NCBI GenBank assembly: GCA_049510065.1
Contig: JBEKZH010000010.1
Span: forward strand, 17,653 to 81,652
Length of the DNA stretch: 64,000 bases
Direction: 5' to 3'
Source of the DNA: Bryobacteraceae bacterium
GTDB taxonomy: Bacteria; Acidobacteriota; Terriglobia; Bryobacterales; Bryobacteraceae
In this document: positions 48,987-58,595 of the stretch, piece by piece
Numbering within the stretch: the stretch's first letter is position 1
How the letters are laid out: each line of letters opens with the position of its first letter
The notes under the pieces: generated by a model
Databases searched by the model: none
What the model was told of the DNA's origin: nothing
What the model saw: the letters and a program-made list of their open reading frames with translations, nothing else
Program-made: the position numbers and the translations under genes

Positions 48987-49871
48987 ATGGGCTCACTCTC
49001 TCCCGAGGTCGTCGTGGTTCCGGCGGGGCACTGGGTGCGCTTCCTCAACCTGCTGAAGCGCACGTTCGTCGCCGCGTTTGACGACGGCTGCTTCGGCATT
49101 GCCAAGGGCGCGGCCTACTCCGCGCTGCTCGCGTTCTTCCCGGCCATGGCTTCGCTCACCGCGATCCTGGCGCAGGTGCAGGCCGAATCGGTGGCGCGCT
49201 ACATCTCGCGATTTCTGGGGGAACTGGCGCCGCCTGGCTCGCAGCCCGTTGTGCACTTCGTCTTCAGCGAGCGCGGCCAGCGTCCGGTCTGGCTGCTCAT
49301 CGCGGGAACCCTGCTTTCCGTCTGGGCCGCCACCGGCGCCATCATGAGCCTGATGGAAGGGTTCCAGGCGGTCTACAAATTGCCGGGAGGGCGACCGTTT
49401 CTGAAGCAACGCGCCGTGGCGGTGTTGTTGGTCTTCGCCGCGGCCCTTCCGGCGCTGGGCGCCTCCAGCCTCATGCTGTTCGGCTCCCGCTCGGAGCGCG
49501 CCATCATCGAGTGGCTGCATCTGGTGCCGCAGGGCGAGCAATTCCAGTGGTGGGTGGTTGTGGTGGGCCGCACTTTCCGCTATTCCATTGCGCTGGGCGC
49601 GACGGTGCTGGTTACCGGGCTGCTCTACCACTTCGGGCCGAACCGTCCCGCGAAGAGGCTGCGCGACGTGTGGCCGGGCGCGTTCCTGGCCACGGTGCTA
49701 TGGCTGCCCGCGACGGCAGGCTTCGGCTGGTACGTCGGCCATCTGGCCAACTACAACGTACTGTACGGAAGCGTCGCCGCGGGCATTGTGCTGCTGGTGT
49801 GGATGTATCTGCTGGCGGTGATTGCTCTGCTCGGCTGCGAGTTCAATGCCGAGTGCGAGCGGCTGGTGTGA
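48987..49871 (+). CDS. YihY/BrkB-family membrane protein
   Basis: AKGAAYSALLAFFPAM... with six hydrophobic segments and ...NYNVLYGSVAAGIVLLVWMYL as the family-typical C-terminus. Confidence 0.8.
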   Translation: MGSLSPEVVVVPAGHWVRFLNLLKRTFVAAFDDGCFGIAKGAAYSALLAFFPAMASLTAILAQVQAESVARYISRFLGELAPPGSQPVVHFVFSERGQRPVWLLIAGTLLSVWAATGAIMSLMEGFQAVYKLPGGRPFLKQRAVAVLLVFAAALPALGASSLMLFGSRSERAIIEWLHLVPQGEQFQWWVVVVGRTFRYSIALGATVLVTGLLYHFGPNRPAKRLRDVWPGAFLATVLWLPATAGFGWYVGHLANYNVLYGSVAAGIVLLVWMYLLAVIALLGCEFNAECERLV

Positions 49872-50435
49872 TTACTTCTTGTCTTTCTCGGGGTGATCCT
49901 TGCCGTCGTTCTGGATGTCGATGTCCGGGAGCCCAAGGCGGCCGTGCAGCTTCTGCAGATCCTCCAGCTTGAGGACGCCGTCGATGTACACGATGCTCAG
50001 TTCTTTCGGTTCGGCGGCGATGACGGCCAGACCGCCGCCCGCGCCGGTGTTGATGTAGACCTCGTCGATCTCGCGGAGCGACCCGTCGTCGTTCTTCTCT
50101 TTGGACTCGACGATCTTCGACCAGCCGAGCGCGTGGATCTGCTTGCGGATCGGCTCGATGTCGGCCATCGAGTACTGGTCCTTTGACGAGAACTCGAAGT
50201 TGCGCACGTATACGGCTTTCAACCCGCCGATCAGCGCCTTCGCGGCCTGCTGGTCCTTGTCGTGATCGTTCAGGAATCCCGCTGCCAACTTCAGCATGCC
50301 CTGATCGAGCGTGACGATGTTGGACTCCTTCGCCTTGTCGCCGAGTTTGTCCAGGCTGGACAAATCGAGCGCCTGGCCCCACGCCGCCCCCGTTACGGCG
50401 GCGCATATGATTACCCCCACCCATGTCGTTTTCAT
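49872..50435 (-). CDS. DUF4252 domain protein (secreted)
   Basis: Signal peptide, ...LKAVYVRNFEF... pattern, and its position downstream of an ECF sigma/anti-sigma pair, as is usual for DUF4252. Confidence 0.65.
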   Translation of the reverse strand: MKTTWVGVIICAAVTGAAWGQALDLSSLDKLGDKAKESNIVTLDQGMLKLAAGFLNDHDKDQQAAKALIGGLKAVYVRNFEFSSKDQYSMADIEPIRKQIHALGWSKIVESKEKNDDGSLREIDEVYINTGAGGGLAVIAAEPKELSIVYIDGVLKLEDLQKLHGRLGLPDIDIQNDGKDHPEKDKK

Positions 50436-50776
50436 AATTCTCCTTTCACCTCATCCCGGTCGACCTTCATCACGGCCGACGAGTTTTGAACCCGGTGCTG
50501 CACCCGCTCGATCTTCTTGGCCATGAGCTGCAGCGCGTAGATCAGTTGGCGGTTGGCCGCCTCCGCCCGCCGCGCGCGTTCCACCTGGCGGTGGTATTCG
50601 AACAGCGCCGCGGAGAACATCACCAGCAGCACGGCCGCAATCGCCACCACCGAGCGCCACCGCGTCCACACAGGCGCGCGCCGCGGAGGTACCCGCGCCA
50701 TTACCCGTTCCGCGAACCCAGCCGGCGGATCCGTTCGCTGCAATGCTCCTCGAAGCCGATCTTCAAAGTCGTTCAT
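50432..50776 (-). CDS. Putative anti-sigma factor (single TM)
   Basis: ATG at 50776 overlapping the sigma gene stop. MNDFEDRLRGAL... with one TM (WRSVVAIAAVLLVMFSAALF). Confidence 0.6.
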   Translation of the reverse strand: MNDFEDRLRGALQRTDPPAGFAERVMARVPPRRAPVWTRWRSVVAIAAVLLVMFSAALFEYHRQVERARRAEAANRQLIYALQLMAKKIERVQHRVQNSSAVMKVDRDEVKGEL

Positions 50777-51312
50777 GATTCTCGTTCCAACTTCCCGCGC
50801 AATAACGCCAGCACGCGGTGCAGTTTGCTCTTCACCGTATTCACCGGCATCTCCAGAACCGCCGCGATCTCGGTGGGGTCCAGGTCTTCCTGATACCGCA
50901 GGATCACGATGGCCCGCTGCGTTTCGGGCAGCGAGGCGATCAGGCGGCGCAAACGGTCCGAGGCCATCGGATCGGCGCGAGACGCCGGCGTCGACGGTTC
51001 CGGAGCATCTTCCAGCGATGTCAGCGCCTCGCGCTTCCGCTTGCGCACGCGATCGATACAGCGGTTCACCGTCACCCGGCGCAACCACGAGACCAGGTGC
51101 GCGCCGGATTCGATCTGCCGCAGGTTCCGATACAGTTCCAGAAAAACGTCCTGGGCCAGTTCTTCGGCCAGCGCGGCGTCCCGCAGAAACGACCAGGCCA
51201 CGCTGTACACCATGGACTGGTTCGCCCGGACGATGCCGGCGAAGGCCGAGGTGTCGCCCTGAACCGAGCGGTCCAGCAACGCCCCTACGAACTCGATTGT
51301 CATGCTGGCCAT
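50773..51312 (-). CDS. ECF (sigma-24) RNA polymerase sigma factor
   Basis: Region 2 (AEELAQDVFLELYRNL...SWLRRVTVNRCIDR) and region 4 (LPETQRAIVILRYQEDLDPTEIAAVLEMPVNTVKSKLHR). The start is ATG 51312 or 51303. Confidence 0.9.
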   Translation of the reverse strand: MASMTIEFVGALLDRSVQGDTSAFAGIVRANQSMVYSVAWSFLRDAALAEELAQDVFLELYRNLRQIESGAHLVSWLRRVTVNRCIDRVRKRKREALTSLEDAPEPSTPASRADPMASDRLRRLIASLPETQRAIVILRYQEDLDPTEIAAVLEMPVNTVKSKLHRVLALLRGKLERES

Positions 51313-51365
51313 CTGTCCGATATTACGCTGCGGCCTGGGGTGGAGTTGCAGAATCTGAGGGGGAT

Positions 51366-52163
51366 TCAGCCACGGCTGCGCACGGCATCGCGGGTGGCGG
51401 CCAGCAGGCGGGCGAGCGACTCGGGCGGGAAGGTGCGGATGATGGGGTTGATCAGCCAGCCAAGCCCGAAGGGCGGCGATCGCGTCAGCGAGATGGTCTG
51501 GCACTCCACGTAGACGCCTCCGTCCTTCTCTTCCAGACGCCAGTAGGTGTTCAAGCGCCACAGGAAGCCGTGGTCCTTGCCCGGCTTCGCCTCGTGCTCC
51601 GAGGGCGTGCCGGCATTTCGTATCTCCGCGATCCGTGTGGCGACGGAACGCGTGTGCACGCGCGTCTGGCTCAGGGGATAGAAATTGACCGTCTGGTTGA
51701 CGTCCAGAACAACCGTTACGATCTTGTGCTTCACCAGGCGGTAGCGGAGTTCCCAGTCGTTGCCATCATGACCGACCAGACGGGAATCGACGACCTCGGG
51801 ATGATAGTAGTGCTTGTGGCTGTTGTAGTCCTGGAGGAACGAAACCACGCGGTCGAGTTTCACGCCCGGGATGAAAACGGAGCCGATCCAGTCGTGGATG
51901 ATGGCGTCGCCGATGTCGGAATCGCCCGTTTCATTCCAGGGTTCCACAACCACCTGGCCGCTGCGCACAAGCTGCCAGCGCGCTGGTGACCGCGCCGACC
52001 AAAGATACGTTGCCGATCGCACTTCGTGCTGGATGCGGGCCTCGGTGGCGCGGATGTAGGCTTCGTATTTCGCCCGAGGCTCCGGCTCCAGCGACGTGGC
52101 GCCGTCATCCTCGGCGAAGCCGAGGGCACCCACGATTGCGGCCCCGAGGAGCAGTGTTTTCAT
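51366..52163 (-). CDS. Hypothetical secreted protein (possibly SRPBCC/START-like fold)
   Basis: 265-aa ORF with a signal peptide and protein-like composition. The fold assignment is a guess. Confidence 0.5.
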   Translation of the reverse strand: MKTLLLGAAIVGALGFAEDDGATSLEPEPRAKYEAYIRATEARIQHEVRSATYLWSARSPARWQLVRSGQVVVEPWNETGDSDIGDAIIHDWIGSVFIPGVKLDRVVSFLQDYNSHKHYYHPEVVDSRLVGHDGNDWELRYRLVKHKIVTVVLDVNQTVNFYPLSQTRVHTRSVATRIAEIRNAGTPSEHEAKPGKDHGFLWRLNTYWRLEEKDGGVYVECQTISLTRSPPFGLGWLINPIIRTFPPESLARLLAATRDAVRSRG

Positions 52164-52173
52164 CGGCGCTGTC

Positions 52174-54057
52174 TCAGATTCTGTGGAAGCTGCGGAGAAT
52201 CTCGCGCGTAGAATAGCGTAGCGCGATAGGCCGGCCGTGTGGGCAGCTCATCGGGCATTCGGTCTCGGACAGCGCCTTCAGCAGCCACTGCATCTTGGTC
52301 TGATCGAGCCTCATGTTCACCTTGATGGCCGCCCGGCAGGCGATGGACGCCGCCATGCCGCGCCGCAAATCGCTGACCGACGCTTTGCGCAACTCCGTCT
52401 CGGCGATCTCCAGAATCTCCTGGATGATCTTCTCCACATCGCCCGGGCCCACGTCCGCCGGCGCCGCTTTCACCGCGATGGTGCGCGTGCCGAACGGCTC
52501 GGATTCGAATCCCGTGCGGGCCAGCTCGTCGGCGATGCGCGCGTACTCAATCTGCTGCGACGCGGTCAGCTCAATCAGGATGGGCATCAACAGTTGCTGC
52601 TTCTCCACGCGGCCGTGAGCCTGCTCTCGCAGCACCTTCTCGAAGAGGATGCGTTCGTGCGCCACATGCTGGTCTATGATCCAGAGGCCGTCGCGGCCGG
52701 CGGCCACGATGAAGCTGTCGTGGATCTGGCCGAGCGGGCGAAGCTCGGGCAGCGTGGCCAGGCTTTGCGGGACCTCGGTGTATTCGACGCCGGCGGGCAG
52801 GCCCGCGTGGGTTTCGGGCACGGGCAGGTGGGCGGAGGGGGCGTCGTCCTGAAAGTCGAAGCGCTGCCCCAGCGTGAACACGGGCAGGTCCTCGACGCGT
52901 TCCATTGGCGCCAGCGCGTCGGGCACGGGCTCGAACTGCTGGTTTTCGATACGCTGGGTGAAATCGGAGAAGGGCAGATCGGCCCCGTGCTGCGGCGCGG
53001 TCCATGCTGGCGAGAGCGTGGCGGCGGGGCGCGTGGCGACGAGCCGGTCGCGAATGGAGTCGCGCACGAAATCGTGCACGAAGGTGCCGTGACGGAAACG
53101 CACCTCGGTCTTCGACGGGTGCACGTTCACGTCCACCTCTTCGCAATCGCAGTCGAGGAAGAGCAGCGCGAACGGGTAGCAGGCCGGGGGCATCAGGTTG
53201 TGATACGCCGAGGAGAGCGCGTGCAGCAGCAGCTTGTCGCGAATCAGCCGGCCGTTCACGAACAGGAAGATGGAGTTGCGATTCAGCTTCTGCACCTGTG
53301 GCCCGGAAACGAAGCCGCGCACCAGGAAGACGCGCGAAGCCGGCTCGTCGCCTTCCATGATGTCGAGTTCGCGCTCCACCGCGCCGAGGTCGATCAGGTC
53401 GTCCAGCACCTTGCCGCCGAACACCTGGTAGACGCGCTCGCGCAGCGTTTCCACCGGGGTGACGTCCAACAGCGAGTTGGCGCCGTTGCGCAGCTCGAAG
53501 GCCTTGTCCGGATGCGCCAGGCTGTAGTGGGTGACCAGCGAGGCGATGTGCGCCAGCTCGGTTTGTTCGGAGCGCAGGAATTTCTTGCGCGCGGGGACGT
53601 TGAAGAACAGATCGCGCACGGTGATCGCGGCGCCGCGCGGCGTGGTGAATTCGTCGCACTTGAGCAGCTTGCCGCCGGCGATCTCCACGCGCGTGCCGGC
53701 GTGTTCGTCGGCGGAGCGGGTCTCCAGCACGAGCCGCGAAACCGAGGCGATGGAGGGTAGCGCCTCGCCGCGGAAGCCGAGCGTGGCGATGGCCAGCAGA
53801 TCCTTCACGTCGCTGAGTTTGCTGGTGGCGTGGCGTTCGAAGGCCAGCAGGGCGTCGTCCCGCAGCATGCCGCTGCCGTTGTCGGTGACGCGGATGAGTT
53901 GCCGCCCGCCGGCTTCGACGTCGATGCGCAGTTCGGTGGCGCCCGCGTCGAGTGAGTTCTCCAGCAGCTCTTTGACAACGGAGGCCGGCCGCTCCACCAC
54001 TTCGCCCGCCGCGATCTTGTTTGCTACCGCATCCGAGAGGACACGAATCCTGCCCAT
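52174..54057 (-). CDS. mutL: DNA mismatch repair protein MutL
   Basis: MGRIRVLSDAVANKIAAGEVVERPASVVKELLENSLDAGAT...DNGSGM (GHKL ATPase) and the C-terminal dimerisation/endonuclease region. Confidence 0.95.
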   Translation of the reverse strand: MGRIRVLSDAVANKIAAGEVVERPASVVKELLENSLDAGATELRIDVEAGGRQLIRVTDNGSGMLRDDALLAFERHATSKLSDVKDLLAIATLGFRGEALPSIASVSRLVLETRSADEHAGTRVEIAGGKLLKCDEFTTPRGAAITVRDLFFNVPARKKFLRSEQTELAHIASLVTHYSLAHPDKAFELRNGANSLLDVTPVETLRERVYQVFGGKVLDDLIDLGAVERELDIMEGDEPASRVFLVRGFVSGPQVQKLNRNSIFLFVNGRLIRDKLLLHALSSAYHNLMPPACYPFALLFLDCDCEEVDVNVHPSKTEVRFRHGTFVHDFVRDSIRDRLVATRPAATLSPAWTAPQHGADLPFSDFTQRIENQQFEPVPDALAPMERVEDLPVFTLGQRFDFQDDAPSAHLPVPETHAGLPAGVEYTEVPQSLATLPELRPLGQIHDSFIVAAGRDGLWIIDQHVAHERILFEKVLREQAHGRVEKQQLLMPILIELTASQQIEYARIADELARTGFESEPFGTRTIAVKAAPADVGPGDVEKIIQEILEIAETELRKASVSDLRRGMAASIACRAAIKVNMRLDQTKMQWLLKALSETECPMSCPHGRPIALRYSTREILRSFHRI

Positions 54058-54128
54058 CCTTTCAGGCTACTCGACCGGGCCCGTCTCCGCTCTAACGGCA
54101 TACCCGGCACAAACCCGGCACAAAACGA

Positions 54129-54157
54129 TTGCCAGTTCGACCGAAACAGACTATCAT
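54129..54157 (+). promoter_or_regulatory. Putative sigma-70-type promoter of the orphan gene 54220-55098
   Basis: TTGCCA, a 17-nt spacer, then TATCAT. Preceded by the direct repeat ACCCGGCACAAA x2 and followed by the strong SD GAGGAGGAG before the ATG. Confidence 0.45.
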
Positions 54158-54219
54158 CAGCGATACCAGCGTCTTGCCAACTCACTCGTGGGAGACGCCT
54201 GAATCGGCGAGGAGGAGAA

Positions 54220-55098
54220 ATGGGGACAGACTACTACGGTGGCGACGGCCCGGCGAAAGTCACGCCGGATCAGATTCCATACGTGTTCCGGAAGCAGACC
54301 ACCATTGGCAGGACGGTGGCCGGGATGAACAATGTATTCATGGACTACTACCGCGCCTACCATGCTCTGGACCAGGCGACGATCCACGCCTCCGGGACAA
54401 AAACTTACAAGGCGCTGAGCGATCTGCAGGGCAAGATTCGTGCCGACCTGAGAGATGCGGCCAGCGAGAAGTCGATGATCAACCTCAAGGTGCCGTTCAC
54501 TGACATCCGGATGGGCGGCGCGGGGCAGAGCCTGTATGACGTCTTCCACGACCTGTCGGAACACGGCGGCGTCCTGAAGTGCGACGACACCGCCGGGAAC
54601 AACGTCTTCTTAGCGCCGCCCGGGGTGTTTGCCTTTCAGGATCAGATGATTGCCAGAGGCACCGAGATTGCCACGTGCCAGGGGGAGTTTAACCGCTGGC
54701 AGGCGAACATGAAAGTCTGGAAGGGTAAACAGGCCTGGGACGGCCTGGGCACGAACCTGGACATGGGGCAGAAGGTGATCGACAAAGTGGGATACAAGAT
54801 GTGGGCCTGCATAGGATTCCCAGACAAGAACGCGACCGCCTTCAACGTGTCCGTGGTGAAATGGTGGAGCTACGGCGCGAAGGTGAAGAGCCTGATGGAT
54901 TCCTATATCGCCGTGAAGTCGTCGACCAACGGCCAGGCGCAACTGGTTGCCGAGGTGGCGGGGTTCGTGGTGGACTTCCTGCCGGTTTTCGGGAGCGCGT
55001 ATGGGGGAGTGATTCGGGCGATACCGCAGGCGATGAAGTTCTTCCAGGACCGCGCAGACTTAACGAATCAGTACGTTAATATGGCATCCGGGCGCTGA
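54220..55098 (+). CDS. Orphan hypothetical protein (292 aa), no recognisable domain
   Basis: Strong SD, protein-like and visibly AT-richer composition, no signal peptide, and a hydrophobic C-terminal segment LVAEVAGFVVDFLPVFGSAYGGVIRAI. Confidence 0.6.
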   Translation: MGTDYYGGDGPAKVTPDQIPYVFRKQTTIGRTVAGMNNVFMDYYRAYHALDQATIHASGTKTYKALSDLQGKIRADLRDAASEKSMINLKVPFTDIRMGGAGQSLYDVFHDLSEHGGVLKCDDTAGNNVFLAPPGVFAFQDQMIARGTEIATCQGEFNRWQANMKVWKGKQAWDGLGTNLDMGQKVIDKVGYKMWACIGFPDKNATAFNVSVVKWWSYGAKVKSLMDSYIAVKSSTNGQAQLVAEVAGFVVDFLPVFGSAYGGVIRAIPQAMKFFQDRADLTNQYVNMASGR

Positions 55099-55477
55099 GC
55101 GGACGCCGACCCGGTCGACGTTGCCCTGCGCCAACCAGCACGGTGCCAGGTCGAGGCCAGGAACAGGAAGGCCCGGTTTCGTTTCAAGCCTCCGGCACCG
55201 ACTGCAACGTGTCTTCCCGATTTGAGGAGCGCTCGCGAGCCGCTTGATTAACCCTCACGGCGAAGAGACCGCTTGTGACCCGTAACGGCGTGGGACCGGT
55301 GACGTACCGGCGGACGCCCGTCGCTCGCAACGTCGCGCAGGGGTGCCCAGGATTTCTTCCACGCCGCGTGGATGGCGGGGACCAGCATGCCCCACCAGTA
55401 CTCCCAACCGGATTGACCCCGCCTGGTACTAAAGTGTGATGCTTTCGCTGCGGCCCAGGAATTACGATGGGGCTCTT

Positions 55478-56182
55478 ATGGGACACCTCTCCAAATCGAT
55501 CTGCAAGTTGCTGGTTTCACTCGGCGCCGTTGCCCTGTTCGCGCCGCTTGCGTCCGCCACCATCGTCACGTATTCGAGCTCGGCGGCTTTCGAGGCAGCA
55601 ACCAACATCAATCTGTTGGAGAACTATGGGACTTTGACGGACAGCCAACTCATAGGCTCGGGTTCCACGGTGGATGGGGTCGCGTATTCCGGGTTTGTCC
55701 TGACCAACGGCGCAACAAATCTCGAAATTACGAATCAGTTCCAGTCCATCAGCGGCCTCGACCTTGGCGCGAATCACACCGTCTCGGGCCCGCAGTACGC
55801 CTACTTCCTGAGTGGCGAGGGCGCCACGATTGGCTTCTCCGCCCCAGTGACCGCGTTCGGCATCTTCTTCGACATGGATATCAGCCAATCCGCCAGCTAC
55901 GGCATCACGAATTCGAACGGGGACTCCTTTTCCGTCGGAGGGTCCAGCTATGATACGAAGACCTTCGCGTTCGCGGGGCTGACGTCCACGAAGCCGTTCA
56001 CGTCCGTGAAGTTCTTCAGCAGCGGAAGCGGGGCTAACTACGCCATCCCGGAGTTTGAAGCAAAGAGTTCGGTTCCCGAACCAGCCTCGGCGCAGTTGCT
56101 CCTGGCCGGCGTCGCGCTGCTGGGCGCCGGGCTTTTCGCTCGCCGCCGGAGCTGCAAACGGCCGCCGGTGAACGCGGATTAA
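55478..56182 (+). CDS. PEP-CTERM sorting-domain protein
   Basis: Start at the ATG at 55478. Signal peptide ...LVSLGAVALFAPLASA and the C-terminus VPEPASAQLLLAGVALLGAGLFARRR. Confidence 0.8.
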   Translation: MGHLSKSICKLLVSLGAVALFAPLASATIVTYSSSAAFEAATNINLLENYGTLTDSQLIGSGSTVDGVAYSGFVLTNGATNLEITNQFQSISGLDLGANHTVSGPQYAYFLSGEGATIGFSAPVTAFGIFFDMDISQSASYGITNSNGDSFSVGGSSYDTKTFAFAGLTSTKPFTSVKFFSSGSGANYAIPEFEAKSSVPEPASAQLLLAGVALLGAGLFARRRSCKRPPVNAD

Positions 56183-56562
56183 CGCGGATCCGGCAGCGCA
56201 AAGTCCAGATTCACTGCACCGGTGGGATCGCCGGCGTACAATTCTTTTGCCGGTAACCGAGGACCGGCGACGGGCCCCGAGATCATATCCGTCGCTTTTG
56301 CTTTCTCGCCGATGATCTCGATTCCTTCGACCTCCAGGGTGACGTGCTCAGATAGCACTTCAGCAACGCTTCGTGTTACACTCATTTTCGGCTCCGGTAT
56401 GACTCCGATCCTTCGGGATCGACTGCCGCTTCGGCGGCCTAAATTATCGGCGAGAGCTGCCTGCAGTTCTCCACTGTCGACCGGAGCCATCTCTCGGATT
56501 ATGCGCGATGCTCAGGCGTAAGGGGAATACATCTCGTCGGTCTGAGGCGCAGCCTCGTTAGT

Positions 56563-56597
56563 AATTGGCCACGGATGAACACAGATGAACGCCGATT
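56563..56597 (+). repeat. Partial copy of the decamer-repeat element seen in the atpA-atpG spacer
   Basis: AATTGGCCACGGATGAACACAGATGAACGCCGATT compared with the reverse complement of 36694-36728, AATTGGCCACCGATGAACGCCGATGAACGCAGATT. Confidence 0.6.
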
Positions 56598-56604
56598 CCG
56601 AACT

Positions 56605-57237
56605 TCATTTTACGGGTTCGAACTCGAAATATGCGAGGTTGTTGTTGGCGTTGTAGTGCAGCGTCAACAGGTGCAGGCCGGACTTCGGGATTGTGATTTC
56701 GCCGCAATTCATGGCTTTGTTCCATGTGTGCCAGTCGCCGGTGTCGATGGGGAGCTTGCAGGAGGCGGCGGGCTGGTTGTCCAGTGAAAACTGCACTGTG
56801 TTGGCGGCCTTGCTGTACAGGGTGTTGATCCGGTATGTCCCGGCCTTTTTCACCTTGACCGTGTAGTTGGTCCATTCGCCGTCCGCTTCCCAGCCGATAT
56901 AGAGCTGGCGCTTCGGCGGATCGAACAGGTTGGGGTGGCTGAAATCGGCGAAACTCTTCGTGTAAGAGATGTCCACGCCTTCCTTTTCGCGGAAATAGCA
57001 GATGGATTCGGGCGTGCCCGGTTCGCAGTGGCCGGGGGTGCGGTTCAGTTCGCCGCTGCCGTGGTTGATGGCGTCGGTATCGTGATAGGCGACGCCTTCG
57101 CCACCGAGATCGTAGAGCGCGGCCTGGACGATGCCAGGGATTGCCTGCGGCCTTTGATACGGCTTGCCTTTGTAGTCGCGCGGGAGGCCCGAGGCGAGGG
57201 CGAGGAGGGGGAACAGTATGAAAGCGGCGAGTCTCAT
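56605..57237 (-). CDS. Secreted carbohydrate-binding-module-like protein (CBM6/35-like)
   Basis: Signal peptide. AALYDLGGEGVAYHD...GEWTNYTVKVKKAGTYRI...TGDWHTWN...LTLHY is a typical CBM6-like pattern. Confidence 0.6.
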   Translation of the reverse strand: MRLAAFILFPLLALASGLPRDYKGKPYQRPQAIPGIVQAALYDLGGEGVAYHDTDAINHGSGELNRTPGHCEPGTPESICYFREKEGVDISYTKSFADFSHPNLFDPPKRQLYIGWEADGEWTNYTVKVKKAGTYRINTLYSKAANTVQFSLDNQPAASCKLPIDTGDWHTWNKAMNCGEITIPKSGLHLLTLHYNANNNLAYFEFEPVK

Positions 57238-57257
57238 CGCTCGCTATGCTATCAGAG

Positions 57258-57737
57258 ATGGCGGTGATCGTCTCTCTGCTGCGCGGCGTCAATATCGGCG
57301 GCCACCACAAGGTCGGGATGGAGGCGCTGCGGGCGCTCTACGAGTCCCTCGGACTGCGTGATGTACAAACCTGCCTGCAGAGCGGCAACGTCGTTTTCCG
57401 CACCAGCGCGCGGGACCTGGGCGCTCTCACGAAGCGCATTGAGAAGGGGATCGAGGAGACGTTTGGGTTTCACTCGTCCGTCTTCCTGCGCACTACGGCG
57501 GAGCTGCGGGACGTGATTGCGCAGTGTCCGTTCACCTCACGGGATGGTCTGGATCCGGCCAAACTTGCGGTCACGTTTCTGGCGGGCGACGTCCTGTACA
57601 ACTACTTTCCCGAGGGCTTCGGGCAGACGAAGGTCCGGCTGCCGACCGCGGGGACGAGCCGGAACTGGAACACGGTCAGGAGGCTGCTGGATCTGGCGGA
57701 AGAGATGGAAGCCAGAACGGCTCGGGCGCGGGGATGA
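57258..57737 (+). CDS. DUF1697 domain protein
   Basis: MAVIVSLLRGVNIGGHHKVGMEALRALYESLGLRDVQTCLQSGNVVF and a C-terminal SRNWNTVRRL. Confidence 0.75.
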   Translation: MAVIVSLLRGVNIGGHHKVGMEALRALYESLGLRDVQTCLQSGNVVFRTSARDLGALTKRIEKGIEETFGFHSSVFLRTTAELRDVIAQCPFTSRDGLDPAKLAVTFLAGDVLYNYFPEGFGQTKVRLPTAGTSRNWNTVRRLLDLAEEMEARTARARG

Positions 57738-58551
57738 ACTGGACGGGCACCTCGGTGACGAACGACTTCAGCCATTCCGCGCAGTACCGCATGCCCGATT
57801 GCTCCGACACCACGTGGCCCATCACGATGAGCGCCTTCTTCTGGCCCGCCGCGATGGCGTCCTGCGCGTACTCCACCACTTCCCACTCGCGCGTTTCGCC
57901 GCAGATGGCGACGTCGACGTCGGGGCGGGCGAGCAGTTGGATGCCGGGGTCGCGGCTCAGGTAGCCCCAGCTTGTGGCGACGCGGTGGACGGGCAGCGCG
58001 GGGTCGCCCACTACGCGCATGGTGCGGATGTGCAGGCGCTCGGCGATTTGTTGGGCGAAGCGGACGAGGGGCGTGGCGGGGAAGGTGAACTCGCGCGGGT
58101 CGGCGGGGTCGACGACGTTGCGCTCCCAGCCGAGGTCGCGCGACATCCCCAGGGCGATGCCGTCGGGGTGGTGGGCGTGCCAGTGGTCGTGGAAGCGGAA
58201 GATGACCATGTCGTGCTGGCGGATGAAGTCGAGCTTGAATTTGTAGACGGGGTTGTTGGCGAGGGTGGCGGTTTCGTCCTGGTGCAGGTAGAAGGTGGGC
58301 TCGTGGGTGATCACCAGGTTGTGGCCGGCGGTGGCTGCGCGCTGGAGAACGTCGAGGGTGGCCATCATGGTGGTGGCGATGCCGCGGACGGGGGTGTCCG
58401 GGTTGCCCGCGATGACGTTGTCCACGGTTTGGGCGCGCCAGGGGACGCCTACGTTTTTGCGGATGCGGTCGATGATCTGGGCGGCGGTGGGGGTTGGCGC
58501 CGGGGCGGCGGCGAGGGCGGTCCCGGCGATCAGGAAAGTGCGGCGGTCCAT
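57676..58551 (-). CDS. NIF3-family (dinuclear metal centre) protein with Tat-like signal
   Basis: MDRRTFLIAGTALAAAPAP..., then GIATTMMATLDVLQRAATAGHNLVITHEPTFY and ...AICGETREWE. Confidence 0.7.
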   Translation of the reverse strand: MDRRTFLIAGTALAAAPAPTPTAAQIIDRIRKNVGVPWRAQTVDNVIAGNPDTPVRGIATTMMATLDVLQRAATAGHNLVITHEPTFYLHQDETATLANNPVYKFKLDFIRQHDMVIFRFHDHWHAHHPDGIALGMSRDLGWERNVVDPADPREFTFPATPLVRFAQQIAERLHIRTMRVVGDPALPVHRVATSWGYLSRDPGIQLLARPDVDVAICGETREWEVVEYAQDAIAAGQKKALIVMGHVVSEQSGMRYCAEWLKSFVTEVPVQFIPAPEPFWLPSLPPDPAAS

Positions 58552-58595
58552 GGCTGGTGAGGATCTTATCACGGGAACGCGTATCCTGATGATCA

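Noticed and set aside
55099-55477. Fragmentary frame on the - strand (..GWEYWWGMLVPAIHAAWKKSW..) suggesting a gene relic
   Set aside because: There is no start codon upstream of a TAA in that frame, only ~50 codons are open, and I recognise no family.
56179-56490. 103-aa - strand ORF (inner ATG gives MSVTRSVAEVLSEHVTLEVEGIEIIGEK...) that vaguely reminded me of a transposase N-terminus or a small toxin-antitoxin-like protein
   Set aside because: I cannot tie it to any family with confidence. It has no clear SD and overlaps the end of the PEP-CTERM gene. It is left unannotated and could be re-examined with an HMM search.
57676-57737. 62-nt convergent overlap of the DUF1697 and NIF3-like genes, and a seemingly short central region in DUF1697
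   Set aside because: Tail-to-tail overlaps of this size occur naturally. The suspected internal deletion rests only on my memory of family length and cannot be supported without an alignment.
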